A stretch of DNA of 64,000 nucleotides from Eledone cirrhosa (Eukaryota): NCBI GenBank assembly GCA_964016885.1, contig OZ024750.1, positions 31,558,001 to 31,622,000 on the forward strand. Direction: 5' to 3'. Positions 11,860 to 25,023 of this stretch are shown here, piece after piece; the first letter of the stretch is position 1, and each line of letters opens with the position of its first letter. The notes under the pieces were generated by a model that did not search any database, was not told the origin of the DNA, and worked only from the letters and a program-made list of their open reading frames with translations. The position numbers and the translations under genes were made by a program.

Positions 11860-13824
11860 TTACTTACCTTCCGGGCTCTTGTGAAGGTCTGGTTGTTCGA
11901 CCTCCATAGTTGGTGGCGTTTCTTTTGGGAACCCCTTTAAAAGTCTTGAAGTGGGTTTTACGTTCGGGATTCCCACGTCCCGAGGAAAGCTGTCTCGTAT
12001 TTCTTTGTATAAACCGAGCGACATTCGCACCAGAACCAAATCTTCCGGCACGCGAAATGTGCTCGATTTAAAATTTTCCCCCTCTTTTGTATATTTTCAC
12101 TTCGTGCTACGAGGGCCATCAGTTCCTTGCTGGCCCTCCTGACGAGCACGAAGTTTTGTATGTTTTGTTGGTGTGATTTTATTTGTTTGCGTGGCTGTGG
12201 TGGTGATCGTTTTGGTGGTGTTGTTTCGGTTGTGTTTGCTGTGAGTGCGGTGTCTGTGGTTTCAGATGTTTGTGTGTATATTTGTTCTTGCGTCTGTTTA
12301 GGTTGTTTGCGTTTGGGGGATTCTGGTGGTGTTGATGTTGGTGTTATTGGAGAGATGTTTGCGTAGGTGGTGTCTGTGTTTTTTATTGTGGGTGATTTTG
12401 TGCTTTGTTGAGTTTTTTTGTTCTTTTTGGGTTTCCTTTTTTGTATTTTGGGGGATTTTGGTTTTCCCTCATCATCACTACTGGTAGATGAGGGGTCTGT
12501 GACTGTAAGTGTGTCTGTGTATATGTTTATGGTTTTATTGGTGTGTGTATTCTTTTTTTTGGGGGGAGGGGGGATTTGACAGCTTTCATCGTTTCCCCGC
12601 TGGGTGGTCAATGTTGGTGTTGGTCTTTCTATTGGTGTTGTTGTTGGTGGTTTTGCCGGTGCTGGAGTTGGTTGTGGTCCTCGCCCCGCCGTCGGCAGCA
12701 GTGGGGTCTTTCGACCCCTTGCCTCTTTCAACAGTTGGGGCAGAAGGCTCGCAAATGGGTTTTTCCCCACAAACAAAACAATGCGGCCATCTACCTTCGG
12801 TAATAATGTGAATGACCGTCCCATTCTGAAGGCGGATGTGGTCCGGGATAGTCTTCACATTCTCGGGCCTGATCTGGAAAAGGATCTCCAGGTCAACCCC
12901 GGACCAGTCCTCTCTGGCCGTTCTGGTCACTTCTATAGGGACGGTACCCTTCCCCTCTACAATCACACATCCCAGAAGCCACCACATGTCAAGTGCTGGT
13001 GGATTCTGGAAATGGGGAGACGGGCTGTTCTTTTTCCCATGTGGGAGGGGTACATTATGACCTTGCTGGTTTTGCAAGGAGTCATAGCGTGTTTCATAGC
13101 GAGGGCTTCTGACTTGAACAACACCGAAATGGTGCCGTACTGTCTGCCCCTCTCTGTGTATTCGGTGTCTTTTCTGATGCACCTCAGCGTGACTTCGACA
13201 TCTTCTTGTGGGATTAAAGCTGCCCTTTTGCTTTGTGCTGAGATGCATCTATAATGCACCATTCTGCGCTCCACTACCTCAATAACTTTTACCGGGACAG
13301 TTACGTTGGCCCAGGTTTGCTGTTGCTTGATGAGCTTCCATGCCTGGGCCAACTTTTCATCTTTGTTTGAGAGGTCCATGTTGAAGCATGGCCTCTTTTT
13401 TGCTGCTGCCGCCGCAAAAGTGTTCTTGTTTTCGTTGGGGATGTTGGTGTCTTTGTCGTTGTTCTTGTTGGTGTTGTTGTTATCACTGTCGCTCTTATCA
13501 TTGTTGTCTTTGTTGCCGACGTTGTTCTCGGTGCAGTTGTTATTGTTGCTGTTGGTGTTGTCGCTATTTGTTTTCATGTTAGTGGTGTTGATATTGTTGT
13601 TGTATTTGTCATTTTTTTTTGTTATCTGTATTTTCGTTGTCGCTGTTACTGTCATTTTTTTCAAAATTAGAGTTCTCATTGGTATCATTGGTGTCTTTGT
13701 TTACCTTGTTTGTGGTGGTGTTTGTGTTATCAATGTGTGTTAATTTCGCTGTAGCGCTCCTCTCAACTTCTACGTCGTTGTCGCACGACAGCAGACATAT
13801 CGCTGGGGGGCGTGGCTCAGCCAT
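11860..13824 (-). pseudogene. LINE ORF1 (gag-like), frameshifted
   Basis: Starts MAEPRPP (ATG 13824). Asn-rich N-terminus, central globular region, knuckle remnant CFVCGEK, and a Thr/Pro/Lys-rich tail, spread over several overlapping ORFs. Confidence 0.7.
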
Positions 13825-14052
13825 GTTTTTTATTTTCTCCGTAAATTTTTTAACATGTAAAAAAAGTTCAAATATTTGGGCCAAAAGGCCCAAATATTAT
13901 ACTTTCCCCTTCACAGGGCAAAGTCTAAGGGCTTATATCCCTTATACAAAAAGAAATATTTAACAACAAATAATTTTAACAGGCAAATAAAGCGACTTAC
14001 TGGGAGCGAGCAAAATACGTCCGATTAGACCAATAATAATGATAATAATGTT

Positions 14053-14525
14053 TTCATTATTCACCATAAAGGGTTTACATAAAGTACATTAAGGACGGTA
14101 CAATATAGGTTTCTGTGTGTAAAGATGAGTATAAAACAAAAAAACAAATAATGTAACAAATAATAGAAACAAAAGAAAATACCCCAATAGAGGGAAACCT
14201 CTGAGGGTTACTCGTGGAGAAAGCCCACAAAAGCCACAGTCACCCTGCCCGCCAGAGCAAGTGCCCTCTCCCAGGTGCCCTCCCTCAGTCTACAGGCACA
14301 CGCTCAGGGCAGATCCATTCACTCGGGCCATTCTCGCCTCTTTTACCAACGTTTCAACAAATTGCTTTGAAGGCGGCAGTTCCTTCTCCTCCCCGATTTT
14401 CCTCTTCAAGTGAAACCTGAAGAAATTAATCAGGGGGTCGCCGAAAAGGAAAGTGTCCGTCTTCAGCCCTTTCAGACCCCTCTTTGACCATGTCCACCAG
14501 ACATATATAAACAGCCTTCCCATTC
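14053..14525 (-). mobile_element. Second Tx1-type LINE, 3' fragment
   Basis: VWWT...GLKTDTFLFGDPLINFFRFHLKRK...ARMARVNGSALSVCL is homologous to 10934-11150, with a similar 3' UTR. Confidence 0.85.
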
Positions 14526-14886
14526 TTTATTAATCAAAGATGTTCACATGAAGAAATTATTTAGGACGGCATCACGATAATAAAATGTTGTTTATTTTTA
14601 GTGTAAAAATATGATCTCAAAAACAATTTGTGATATTAAATTAATATTTAAAAATGTCCAATAGGTGGGTGATTTCCAAAGAATAAAACATCAACAACAA
14701 CAATGGTTTTATTATTAGTTAGAGAGGGCTGTCATAATAATTATAGTAATAATAGCTTCTTAAGGGAGAAGGTTAACATCTTTGGAGAGGAAGGAAACCG
14801 GATTAAATGAAATCCAGTACTTGACAGGTACTTTCTTTTATCGGCTCCGACAGGATGCTGACCTTGGCGGGTTTTCAACAGAGAAC

Positions 14887-14917
<31 letters not shown>

Positions 14918-14934
14918 AATAAATAATAATAATT

Positions 14935-15075
14935 GTTTCTGATTTAGGCACAAGTCCAACAATTTTGGGTGGAGGGAAAAGTCGATTGAATTGACCCCAG
15001 TACTTGACTGGTACTTTATTTATCGACTCAGATAGGATAAACGATAAAGTTGATCTTGGCGGGCTTTCAACTATG
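14935..15075 (-). mobile_element. SINE family 1, 3' part
   Basis: ttgtttctgatttaggcacaag...gaccccagtacttgactggtactttatttatcgac. Confidence 0.7.
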
Positions 15076-15579
15076 TTCGGATGACGCTGATAAAAATATA
15101 ATTATTAATAATAATAATATAAAAAAAAAAAAAAAATCATATTAATAATAATAATGACAACAACAACAACAACAATAAAAATATCAACAATAAAAGTAAA
15201 ATAATAATAATAATAATAATAATCATAATAGTAGTGTGCGAAATAGAGATTCTTAGATAAAAAGGCGGACATATAATATGTTCTGTTGCCATGACTACTT
15301 CTCTACACGTCACGGAACAAAAAGCTGGTCACTAATCGAAGAAGACTAAGAAATATAACGAACTAGATGAGATATTCATTCCTCAGTTAAAATGTTAAAC
15401 TCGCCGAAACAAGTATCGCATCGCTGAAACAGCGAAGTCCTAAGTGCCAAGTAAGTCGTAGAAAGTACTACTACTTCTTTTACTAACGTCTATTCACCAA
15501 TGCTAGTACCGTATCCGTTACTTTATCTCTGTATTAGCAGGCATGTACGTGCGCCTGCAACTATGTTTTTATTTTCTTC

Positions 15580-15591
15580 TATGTGTCTTAA

Positions 15592-15626
<35 letters not shown>

Positions 15627-15732
15627 ATCATTGGCTCAGCACGTCCTCTATATATATATATTTATACACATATAGATAGATATATTTCTTTATTTGAATA
15701 ATCAAATGAAGAAAGATATCTATCTATCTATA

Positions 15733-15800
<68 letters not shown>

Positions 15801-15844
15801 TATGTATATATATGTGTGTGTATATATATATAAATATGTATGTG

Positions 15845-15897
<53 letters not shown>

Positions 15898-16231
15898 CAT
15901 CCACTCGATCGTTTATATGTGCATTCAAACATTTATACGTACATGCAGTTATATATATTTAAATTTTACATACAAACAAATATGCACAGGTACATACATA
16001 CCGATGTATGTAAACATACACATACACGCACACACACACACACATGCCGATATATCTAGATATACTCATACACGTACACACATACCGATATATGTAAACA
16101 TATGCATACACGCACACTTATGTAGTGTTTTTAAGTTTATGTTATACTCCGTGCGGTTCAGTTTTGCAATACACGTGTAGCTAGTATATATTGTGTTTAT
16201 ATACATACACGCACATACAGACACACACACA

Positions 16232-16303
<72 letters not shown>

Positions 16304-16320
16304 CGTGTTTATATATATAA

Positions 16321-16365
<45 letters not shown>
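15580..16365. repeat. Compound (TATC)n/(TA)n/(CA)n microsatellite block
   Basis: Direct inspection. Confidence 0.9.
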
Positions 16366-16508
16366 ATACAATAACAGAGATAGCTTTAAGCTAAACTCTG
16401 ACTGGCTACCATCTCACTCAACAAACATTAAGATATACCTTAGTATAATCCCAATTTTGTGTTTGGGGTGCTAACTATATGTATTTTGTGGAAATCCAGT
16501 TGTATTAT
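16361..16508 (-). repeat. (TA)n-flanked dispersed repeat family F (about 145 bp)
   Basis: Reverse complement of 21410-21556 (attgggattatactaaggtatatc...tttgttgagtgaga). Confidence 0.75.
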
Positions 16509-16693
16509 ATATATATATATATATATACTTATATATATATAAACACGTACCTTATACAGTGACTTATAAAAATCATCAAGCCGGCGAAATCGTTCCCTCA
16601 TCCCATCTGCCATCCTATATACTTTTACATTAGTAACGTATTTGTCCTGTAGTCTTCGTGATAATTGTCAACACATACACACATACACACGTT

Positions 16694-16744
<51 letters not shown>

Positions 16745-16879
16745 GTGTAAATATATATATATATAGTTGAATAAATAAACAGAGAACAAAAAACAGAGAG
16801 GCAGTACAAATGATATGGTTTTTAGTTTCACGATGTATATATATAATATATATATATAATATATATATACATATACAAG

Positions 16880-17157
16880 CAAAGATATATATTTAATTTG
16901 TTGGTAATTCAACAAATATATTTATAACAGATTCGAAGCACTCCACAGTTTTTCTGGAGTATAATATCAATGATATTAATAAATGACTATCCAAATAGAA
17001 CCTGAAATATTAAGGTCTGATACCTGGGTATGTCACTATTTAAAAAACAAATTTTGTATTTTATCTGATGAGTGCGCACACAAGTTTTGGTACCTTGATA
17101 TATATAATAGAATAAATATGGTTTTATAAATATAGTTTCCATTTATTAATATCATTG
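16880..17157. mobile_element. Family B terminus in inverted arrangement; degenerate hammerhead at 17057-17113 (+)
   Basis: tattttat-CTGATGA(17065-17071)...GATA (GAAA altered)...atagaata. The left part is the reverse complement of the terminus seen at 36515-36615. Confidence 0.6.
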
Positions 17158-17159
17158 AT

Positions 17160-17192
<33 letters not shown>

Positions 17193-17387
17193 CATACATA
17201 CATATACGCACATACGTATATACATACATATTTACATATATATCTACATACATACGTAAATACATACTTACATACACCCATACATACATGTATACTTGTA
17301 TATATACTACTTACATAATAAACATATACAAACCTATATATTATGAAATACTGTTGGCTTAACGCTCACAACAATTTCTATACTTTC

Positions 17388-17437
<50 letters not shown>

Positions 17438-17662
17438 GCATGTATACATTCATATATATATAAATATGCATAGATTCATACATTCGTACAAACATATACA
17501 CACGTGAACAAAGCTATATACACACTTTCACACATACATACATATATATACATGCACATGAGTTTATAGTATTTCAAAATTTTGTATAGTACTATGTTCA
17601 TCAATACACGTGGAATGAGTGTATATTTTGTGTTTATCTACCTTCACATACACTCCCTGAAG

Positions 17663-17845
17663 ACGAAAAAAGAAAAAAAGAAAAAAGAAAAAAAGATAAA
17701 AAGAAAAAAAGAAAAAAAGAAAAAAAGATAAAAAGAAAAAAAGAAATAAAGAAAAAACGAAAAAAAGAAAAAAAGAAAAAAAGATAAAAAGAAAAAAAGA
17801 AAAAAAGAAAAAAAAGAAAAAAGAAAAAAGAAAAAAGGAAAAACG
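17663..17845. repeat. (GA6-8)n purine tract
   Basis: Direct inspection. Confidence 0.9.
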
Positions 17846-17973
17846 ATAGACACTTACACACAAACAAAACGCACATATTCATATATGTATATATACACAT
17901 GTATATATACATATATGAATGTATATATATATATATATGCGTACAAACCCTCACAAACACACATATATGTTTG

Positions 17974-18004
<31 letters not shown>

Positions 18005-18072
18005 TGTATGTATATATCAATATATATAGGTTTGTATAAATATGCCTATGTACACATGAATATATAAATAAA

Positions 18073-18362
<290 letters not shown>

Positions 18363-18366
<4 letters not shown>

Positions 18367-18573
18367 AACGAGTAGGACCCCGACGGCTGAGCTCAAGCCG
18401 TTTCGACGGCTAATTCTGGACTAAATTTAGATTTAGTCCAGAATTAGCCGTCGAAACGGCTTGAGCTCGGCCGTCGGGGTCCTACTCGTTCCCATTACCC
18501 ATTCTACTAACCTAAGTATTGAGTACTTTGGGGGTGTTATGGTCCACCTGGTTCCTTACCACATGTCCTTCGT

Positions 18574-18574
<1 letters not shown>
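18363..18574 (+). mobile_element. Family C terminus with 62-bp fold-back
   Basis: Arms 18365-18426 and 18431-18492 with spacer ttag. Contains GAAACGGCTTGAGCTCGGCCGTC|GGGGTC. Ends cttcgtt-(AT)n. Confidence 0.8.
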
Positions 18575-18664
<90 letters not shown>

Positions 18665-18789
18665 GTAGAGATATGGTTTACACTTACGCAAGTTACGTGC
18701 CGGAGAAATGCTTCTACATTATCATCCGGCATACTAAGCGGTATGGTATTATTTTCAAATAATAATAACACATACATACATACACATAC

Positions 18790-18837
<48 letters not shown>

Positions 18838-18842
18838 CAGTA

Positions 18843-18893
<51 letters not shown>

Positions 18894-18925
18894 CAGTATA
18901 TATATATATATATATATGTATATCA

Positions 18926-18973
<48 letters not shown>

Positions 18974-19293
18974 ATTTATATATATTTATATATATATATA
19001 TTTATATAGTTGCTTATTTATTTTTATCCCTCGTTTTATTTCTCATAGTCTTCAACTTTGGAACCCTACCAAAGTATGTCCACAGATAGATGTTTGTGCA
19101 TGTCTCCGTGTTTAGCTATGTTTTTTGCTGGGTATAGTCGTGTGTGCGTTCGTGTGTATGTATCTGTGTGAATGTGTGTGTGTATCATAGTTTGAGTATA
19201 TTTTTTGCTGGGTGTATGTATGTATGTGTGAGTGTGTGTAACGTGTGCGTGTGTTTGGGTTTATTTTTTGCTCTATGGATGTACGTGTTTGGG

Positions 19294-19325
<32 letters not shown>

Positions 19326-19334
19326 CTGGCTGTG

Positions 19335-19702
19335 TGTATGTGTGAGTGTGTGTCTTATGTGTGAGTGTGTGCCTATGTGTGAGTGTGTGTCTATGTGTGA
19401 GTGTGTGTCTTATGTGTGAGTGTGTGTCTATGTGTGAGTGTGTGTCTGTGTGTGAGTGTGTGTCTATGTGTGAGTGTGTGTCTTATGTGTGAGTGTGTGT
19501 CTATGTGTGAGTGTGTGTCTATGTGTGAGTGTGTGTCTTATGTGTGAGTGTGTGTCTTATGTGTGAGTGTGTGTCTATGTGTGAGTGTGTGTCTATGTGT
19601 GAGTGTGTGTCTTATGTGTGAGTGTGTGTCTATGTGTGAGTGTGTGTCTTATGTGTGAGTGTGTGTCTATGTGTGAGTGTGTGTCTATGTGTGAGTGTGT
19701 GT
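19335..19702. repeat. Minisatellite, 18-19 bp unit gtgtgagtgtgtgtct(t)at
   Basis: About 19 tandem units by inspection. Confidence 0.9.
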
Positions 19703-19847
19703 TAACTTACTGGAAGGAAGATAATTATATACACTCCAACAGATAGTATATATGATAGTGAATGTGCATCTAAAGATAGGATTGCAATAACAACAGCGAT
19801 AACAATAACAGCAACAACAACAATAATAATAATAATTATAATTATAA

Positions 19848-20050
19848 TTGTTTCTACTTTTGGTACAAGGCCGGCAATGTGGGGGAAGGGAAAGTCGATT
19901 AAATCGACCCCAGTGCGTTACTGGTACATTATTTTAACGACCCCGTAAGGATGAAAGGCAAAGTTAACCTCGGCAGGATTTGAACCCAGACCATAAAGGG
20001 CCGTAACTCTATGCTACAAAGCATGGCGTCCGACCCTCTACCGATACTAC
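19848..20050 (-). mobile_element. SINE family 1, near full length
   Basis: Collinear with 42666-42848, with a (TAA)n tail on the left. Confidence 0.85.
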
Positions 20051-20313
20051 TAGTAATAATATTTACACATTTAATGATAACAAAATAAATAACAACAACA
20101 AAAAGACTTACAGATTAAGAACTGAAGCCGAAGGACTTAGAAACATTTATGGTACCCAGACAATAGGACTACTAGGCAGTGAACGCATATTACGAAGAAA
20201 AAATCAACCCTACATTTATCCAAGGTGCATACAGCTGTGCTCGGTAACGCTGTGACAGCTCACAATGGAAATAGGAATGCTGAATATAACAATAATATAT
20301 ACATAAATAACTA

Positions 20314-20363
<50 letters not shown>

Positions 20364-20373
20364 AACCAGTAAG

Positions 20374-20467
20374 ACCCCGACAGCTGAGCTCAAGCCGTTT
20401 CAACGGCTAATTCTGGACTAAATGAAAATTTATCCTGGTATTTAAATAGCCGATCTTCTCAAGGGAT
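20374..20467 (-). ncRNA. Family C hammerhead-like motif, most complete copy (core degenerate)
   Basis: - strand: atccc-TTGAGAA (CUGANGA with 2 changes)-gatcggcta...tagccgtt-GAAA-cggct/agctg-TC-ggggt. Stems I, II and III all pair, and the triplet is GUC. Confidence 0.55.
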
Positions 20468-21409
20468 AATTCCATATATGGTCAAAGTGATTGTCAAAAA
20501 TCAGTAGTAATTCTGTGGTTGCAAATTAGTAGGGGAGATGGTGGCTAAACCTGCCAGTAGGAGAAAGAGGGGAGGGGGTGGAGTAGACCCAATCAAGCGT
20601 TGGTAGTGCCAGCTACAGCTGGGCATGAGGTCAAAGAAGATACAGGGGAGGGGGAGGGGGAGGAAGTCGGAACGGTAGGTAGAACAATGGGGGGTAGAAA
20701 TATCTAGGAAAGAAAAAATACTGAGAGAGAAGAAAAGCAAATAAGTGTAAAGAAAAAAGTAAAGTAAATTAAATTCTACGACCTAGGTGTCAGGCTATTG
20801 TTAGGCTAGAATAAAATAAAGAAAGAAAGAAAGAAGTAAATAAATAAATAAATAAATAACGAAATAAGTAAAAGAACTAGGTGGTACGGTATAGGCAAGG
20901 ACCCTTTTAAGAGGTATAAGTACGTAAATGATACGGTGACGGGTCAACAAAAGGGGCCAAAATACTAAAGAGACTACCACGAAATAAACAATAAAGGTTT
21001 CCATCCCGGGCCAGCAACGACCCAGTGCAGCAAAGTGAACTTGTACGAGATAATAATTCTGAGTCCCGAGAAAAATATATACTAATGCTAACTCTAAAAG
21101 ATCTAAAACAAGCTACAAGAAAGTTCGTACAAAATAAAGGTAGAATACGGAGAAATAAATTCAGAATCCACCCCGCCCAGAAGAAAAGCGAAGCAAGTAA
21201 TACTGAAACGAAAAAATAAGGCATAAGTGCCACTAAGAAATATAGAGGGCACAGAGAATAGTGGGAGCGGTCGGAAAAAGGGGGCAAGTATCCGGGGTCT
21301 AAGCCAACTGCTATAAAGGGCGGAGTCCGCCAAATCTATCATAGACTAGGGGAGGGGGTGGTGGGGATATATATATGTGTGTGTGTATTTTAATTATGTC
21401 TCATATAAA

Positions 21410-21556
21410 ATAATACAACTGGCTATCCGCAAAATACGTATAGTTTGCACCCCAAACGTATAATTGGGATTATACTAAGGTATATCCTAATGTTTGTTGA
21501 GTGAGACGGAAGCCGGTCGGAGTATTCCTTAAAGCATTCTCTGTTAATGTATTAAA
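21410..21556 (+). repeat. Dispersed repeat family F
   Basis: Inverted copy of 16361-16508; ends in (TA)n. Confidence 0.75.
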
Positions 21557-22300
21557 TATATATATATATATTATGTACTTGAATTAAGGTATTTCTATCT
21601 GGCTAAAAAATTATTGTCATTTTGCAAAAAAAAACACAGTAGTGTTGATCATATATTTTTTTAAATTATAATGTAATGCTCAGAAGTATTTTCTTAGAGC
21701 TTAATATTTGTAACTGACTACAAAATTGAAATATATATATATATATATATATATACTATACACACTCACACACACACCAATACACTCACACTTATACATT
21801 GGTAAACTTTTTAATTTATATACGTCCCAATGTAAATGAATACAATAATATTCAATCTATTTGAGAAACTAGTGTAAAGTATTGTTGAAGACGGAAAATA
21901 TTCAAATATAAATTTCTTGGGAACGACTATTATAGCGGTTTTGCGTTAGGACGCACACGACTCAATTATATAATGATACTTATAAATAACTATATGAGAG
22001 AGAGAGATAGAGAGAGAGAGAGAGACTAATAGGCATAGGGCGATTACTGGTCATACCCAAACAACCTTGTCCGGATTTGTGCTTCGGAGGGAAACTTTCT
22101 AGGTATAAATCTCATGGTCATTCGTGACCGAAGAAGGTCTTTACTCATTATTTACACACACACACACACCTACACCCCCCACACATATCATCATCATCAT
22201 CGTTTAACGTCCATTTTCCATGCTAGCATGGGTCTGGAGATATATATATATAAAGTGTAACGACATTGTTCGGCCATATATATATATATATATATATATA

Positions 22301-22482
22301 TAGGAACAAGTAAGACCCCGACGGCTGAGCTCAAGCCGTTTCGACGGCTAATTCAGGCTACGTCGAAACGGCTTGAGCTCAGCCGTCGGGGTCTTACTTG
22401 TTCCTATTACCCACTCTACTACCCTAAGTATTGAGTACTTTGGTGCGTTATGGTCCACCTGGTTCTTACCACTTTTCCTTCG

Positions 22483-22484
<2 letters not shown>
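22301..22484 (+). mobile_element. Family C terminus with 46-bp fold-back
   Basis: Arms 22301-22346 and 22361-22406; (TA)n both sides. Confidence 0.8.
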
Positions 22485-22534
<50 letters not shown>

Positions 22535-22667
22535 TCTGTGAATGTATACATATATGTATGTTATATTGCACATTTTATTCACCCTAGGCACATGTTCTGT
22601 TTTATCTATAATACAACTATCTTTGTAAGAATGTATACACACACACATACACGTGCGGGTGTGTCTA

Positions 22668-22727
<60 letters not shown>

Positions 22728-22774
22728 TGGGTGTGTAATATATGCACTTGTCCGGATGTTTGTATTTCTGAATG

Positions 22775-22833
<59 letters not shown>

Positions 22834-23299
22834 ATATATATTCGCGTGTGTGTGAGTAATGCTGGGGGCGTGAGCGTTTGTATCTGTGTGTTTGTGTACC
22901 TGCCTTTGTGTCTGTGTCTGTGTGTGTGTGTGTGTGTGTGTCTTGATGTCTGTGTATGTCACTATATGTTTGTATATGTGTATGACTGTGTCTGTGTGTC
23001 CGTTTTTGAATGAGATTCTGAGAGTGAAGTTGGAACTATTCTTAATGAACGTAAGAAATCAATATTTATGTAGGCATTCAATATTCTGTAAGATACGACG
23101 ATACACAATGCGGGAATGCCGACACACATACACACTCTCTTACACCCACCAGACACCTACACACCACACACACACACATACCTACACCTCATCAACTCAT
23201 TCGCCGACACACATTCCCGCAAAGAAAAGAAAACTGTGTGGGTAGTAACATTTTATGTGGCTTCCACCATGGATTACTTTTCTGTTGTATATCTGAACG

Positions 23300-23630
23300 T
23301 AGCAGGATCGAGTAGTTAAGACGTTCGTAACGCAATTATTAGGTCCCGGTTCGATTCCGTGGTATGACACCATGAGCAAGTGTCATTTATCGTAGCCTTG
23401 TGAGGGAAATTTAGTTGACCGAAACTGTTCGGAAGCCCGTCGGATGGACTCTACCTGTAATTTAAAACGCCAGCCATATCACAATGAATGTCACACTAAA
23501 TCTCTTTGAGAATTATGTTAAAGTACATGTGTGTTTGAAATGCTCAGCCATTTACACATTAGTATCATGAGCAGGCTGGTTGTTCCGTTGATCGAACAAA
23601 TGGAACACTCAGCGTTGTAACCGACGGAGG
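23300..23630 (+). mobile_element. tRNA-derived SINE family 2
   Basis: A-box-like tagcaggatcgagtagttaag and B box GGTTCGATTCC. The 3' part aatctctttgagaattatgttaa...ctcagccatttacacattag is shared with 24365, 26230 and 29760. Confidence 0.7.
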
Positions 23631-24364
23631 TTCATTCTATTTTCCTTGTTTATCGTTTCGTCCAACTTCAAACATTCATCCGGCAGTCTTATGATTTGAC
23701 ATCAAATGACAGGATTCTGTGAGCTGTTTTGTCCTGTACTATACGTCTGGATTTCAAAACCTCACTATAGCCAAGCTGGATGGTAAACCTAACCCGTAGG
23801 TTATTTTAACACAGCTGTATGCATAGGGTCTAATTAAGCAATTTAGCGGCCCCAAATACTATAACGATAATGATACACCTATATAGAGAATATGAAATAA
23901 AAAACAAAAACTATATAGTGTATTCAACAGAAAAATTAAACACACTCTATGGGGTTCCTGCTTTAATTTCTGCTAAAACCACGTGCATATTTTTGTTTAA
24001 TTATCCTTGAGTGTCATTAGCGGAGTCTACACATTAGTAAGCAAGTTTCAGGTTTAAATGTAACTTCCTCGTTTCATTCACCGGGTCTTGCATGACTTGG
24101 ATTGTGTCATGAGTTCTCCCTTTCTTCCTAAACTAACCGATAAAAAAGACTTCTAGACATGTACAATATCTATGTATTTTTCAACTGACTGCTATTTCTA
24201 GCAATCAAAGTGTCGCCACATTGACTCTTCCATTGAATCGTAGATTTATATTTAAAGACATGTGTACTTGTAGAACATAATGAAATACCGATAACAGCTT
24301 TGTTCTTACAGTAGACACAACACTACGATAGTTACGAAGCAACTTGTTTAAGTATGTAATATAC

Positions 24365-24725
24365 AGGTGCCTGGCTTAGTGGTTGGAGTGTTAACTTACG
24401 ATCGAAAGTTCGTGAGTTCGATTCATGCAACAGCCGGCCCGTTGTATCATTCAGCAAGAGGAATTATTTCATGTTGCTTTAGTCCCCTCAGATACCAAAG
24501 ACAAGTTGAACCTGGAATCCACGAGGCCTTCATCGTCACAGATTATTTCAAACTAAATCTCTCTGAGAAGTACATTAAAGTTTTCCATAGCTGTGGAATG
24601 ACCAGCCACTTACACGTTAATATTTGTTTCTACTTTAGGCACAAGGCCAGCAATTACCCAGTGCATTGCTGGTACTTTATTTTATCTACCCCGTAAGGAT
24701 TACACGTTAATATTGCGAGCAAGTA
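24365..24725 (+). mobile_element. SINE family 2 carrying a nested family 1 fragment
   Basis: TGGCTTAGTGG A box and GAGTTCGATTC B box. The insertion at 24625-24699 (-) is flanked by the 15-bp direct repeat ttacacgttaatatt (24610-24624, 24700-24714). Confidence 0.8.
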
Positions 24726-24976
24726 GGAGCACTGATAGAGGTCCTACATAACTTATGTATGATTGTCCACGAAATCTCATCAAATGTTTCTTCACAAAAT
24801 ATCAGTCCAGTTACTACCCAAGTGACACAGCTTCTCTGTTTCAGCTAATAGACTTACAGGGCCGAAACAATATGCAAGTTCGAATTTGTTTGTATGTTTC
24901 TACGTCTTTGGTTGCATTGACGATACGAGTGTAGATATCTCGTATATGAACGGGTGTATGTATGTATGTATGTATG

Positions 24977-25020
<44 letters not shown>

Positions 25021-25023
<3 letters not shown>

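Larger units (their letters stand above)
10661..14030 (-). mobile_element. Tx1/L1-clade LINE, full-length ends but internally deleted ORF2
   Basis: ORF1 pieces, ORF2 start (endonuclease N-terminus), zf-RVT-type C-terminus, 3' UTR with AATAAA at 10671-10676, and (TAA)/(CAA) tracts on both sides. Confidence 0.85.

Noticed and set aside
12604-13743. Long + strand ORFs (216 aa, 145 aa)
   Set aside because: Antisense shadows of the LINE ORF1 low-complexity region.
19335-19702. Regularly spaced repeat resembling a CRISPR array
   Set aside because: No unique spacers and a eukaryotic context; it is a GT-derived minisatellite.
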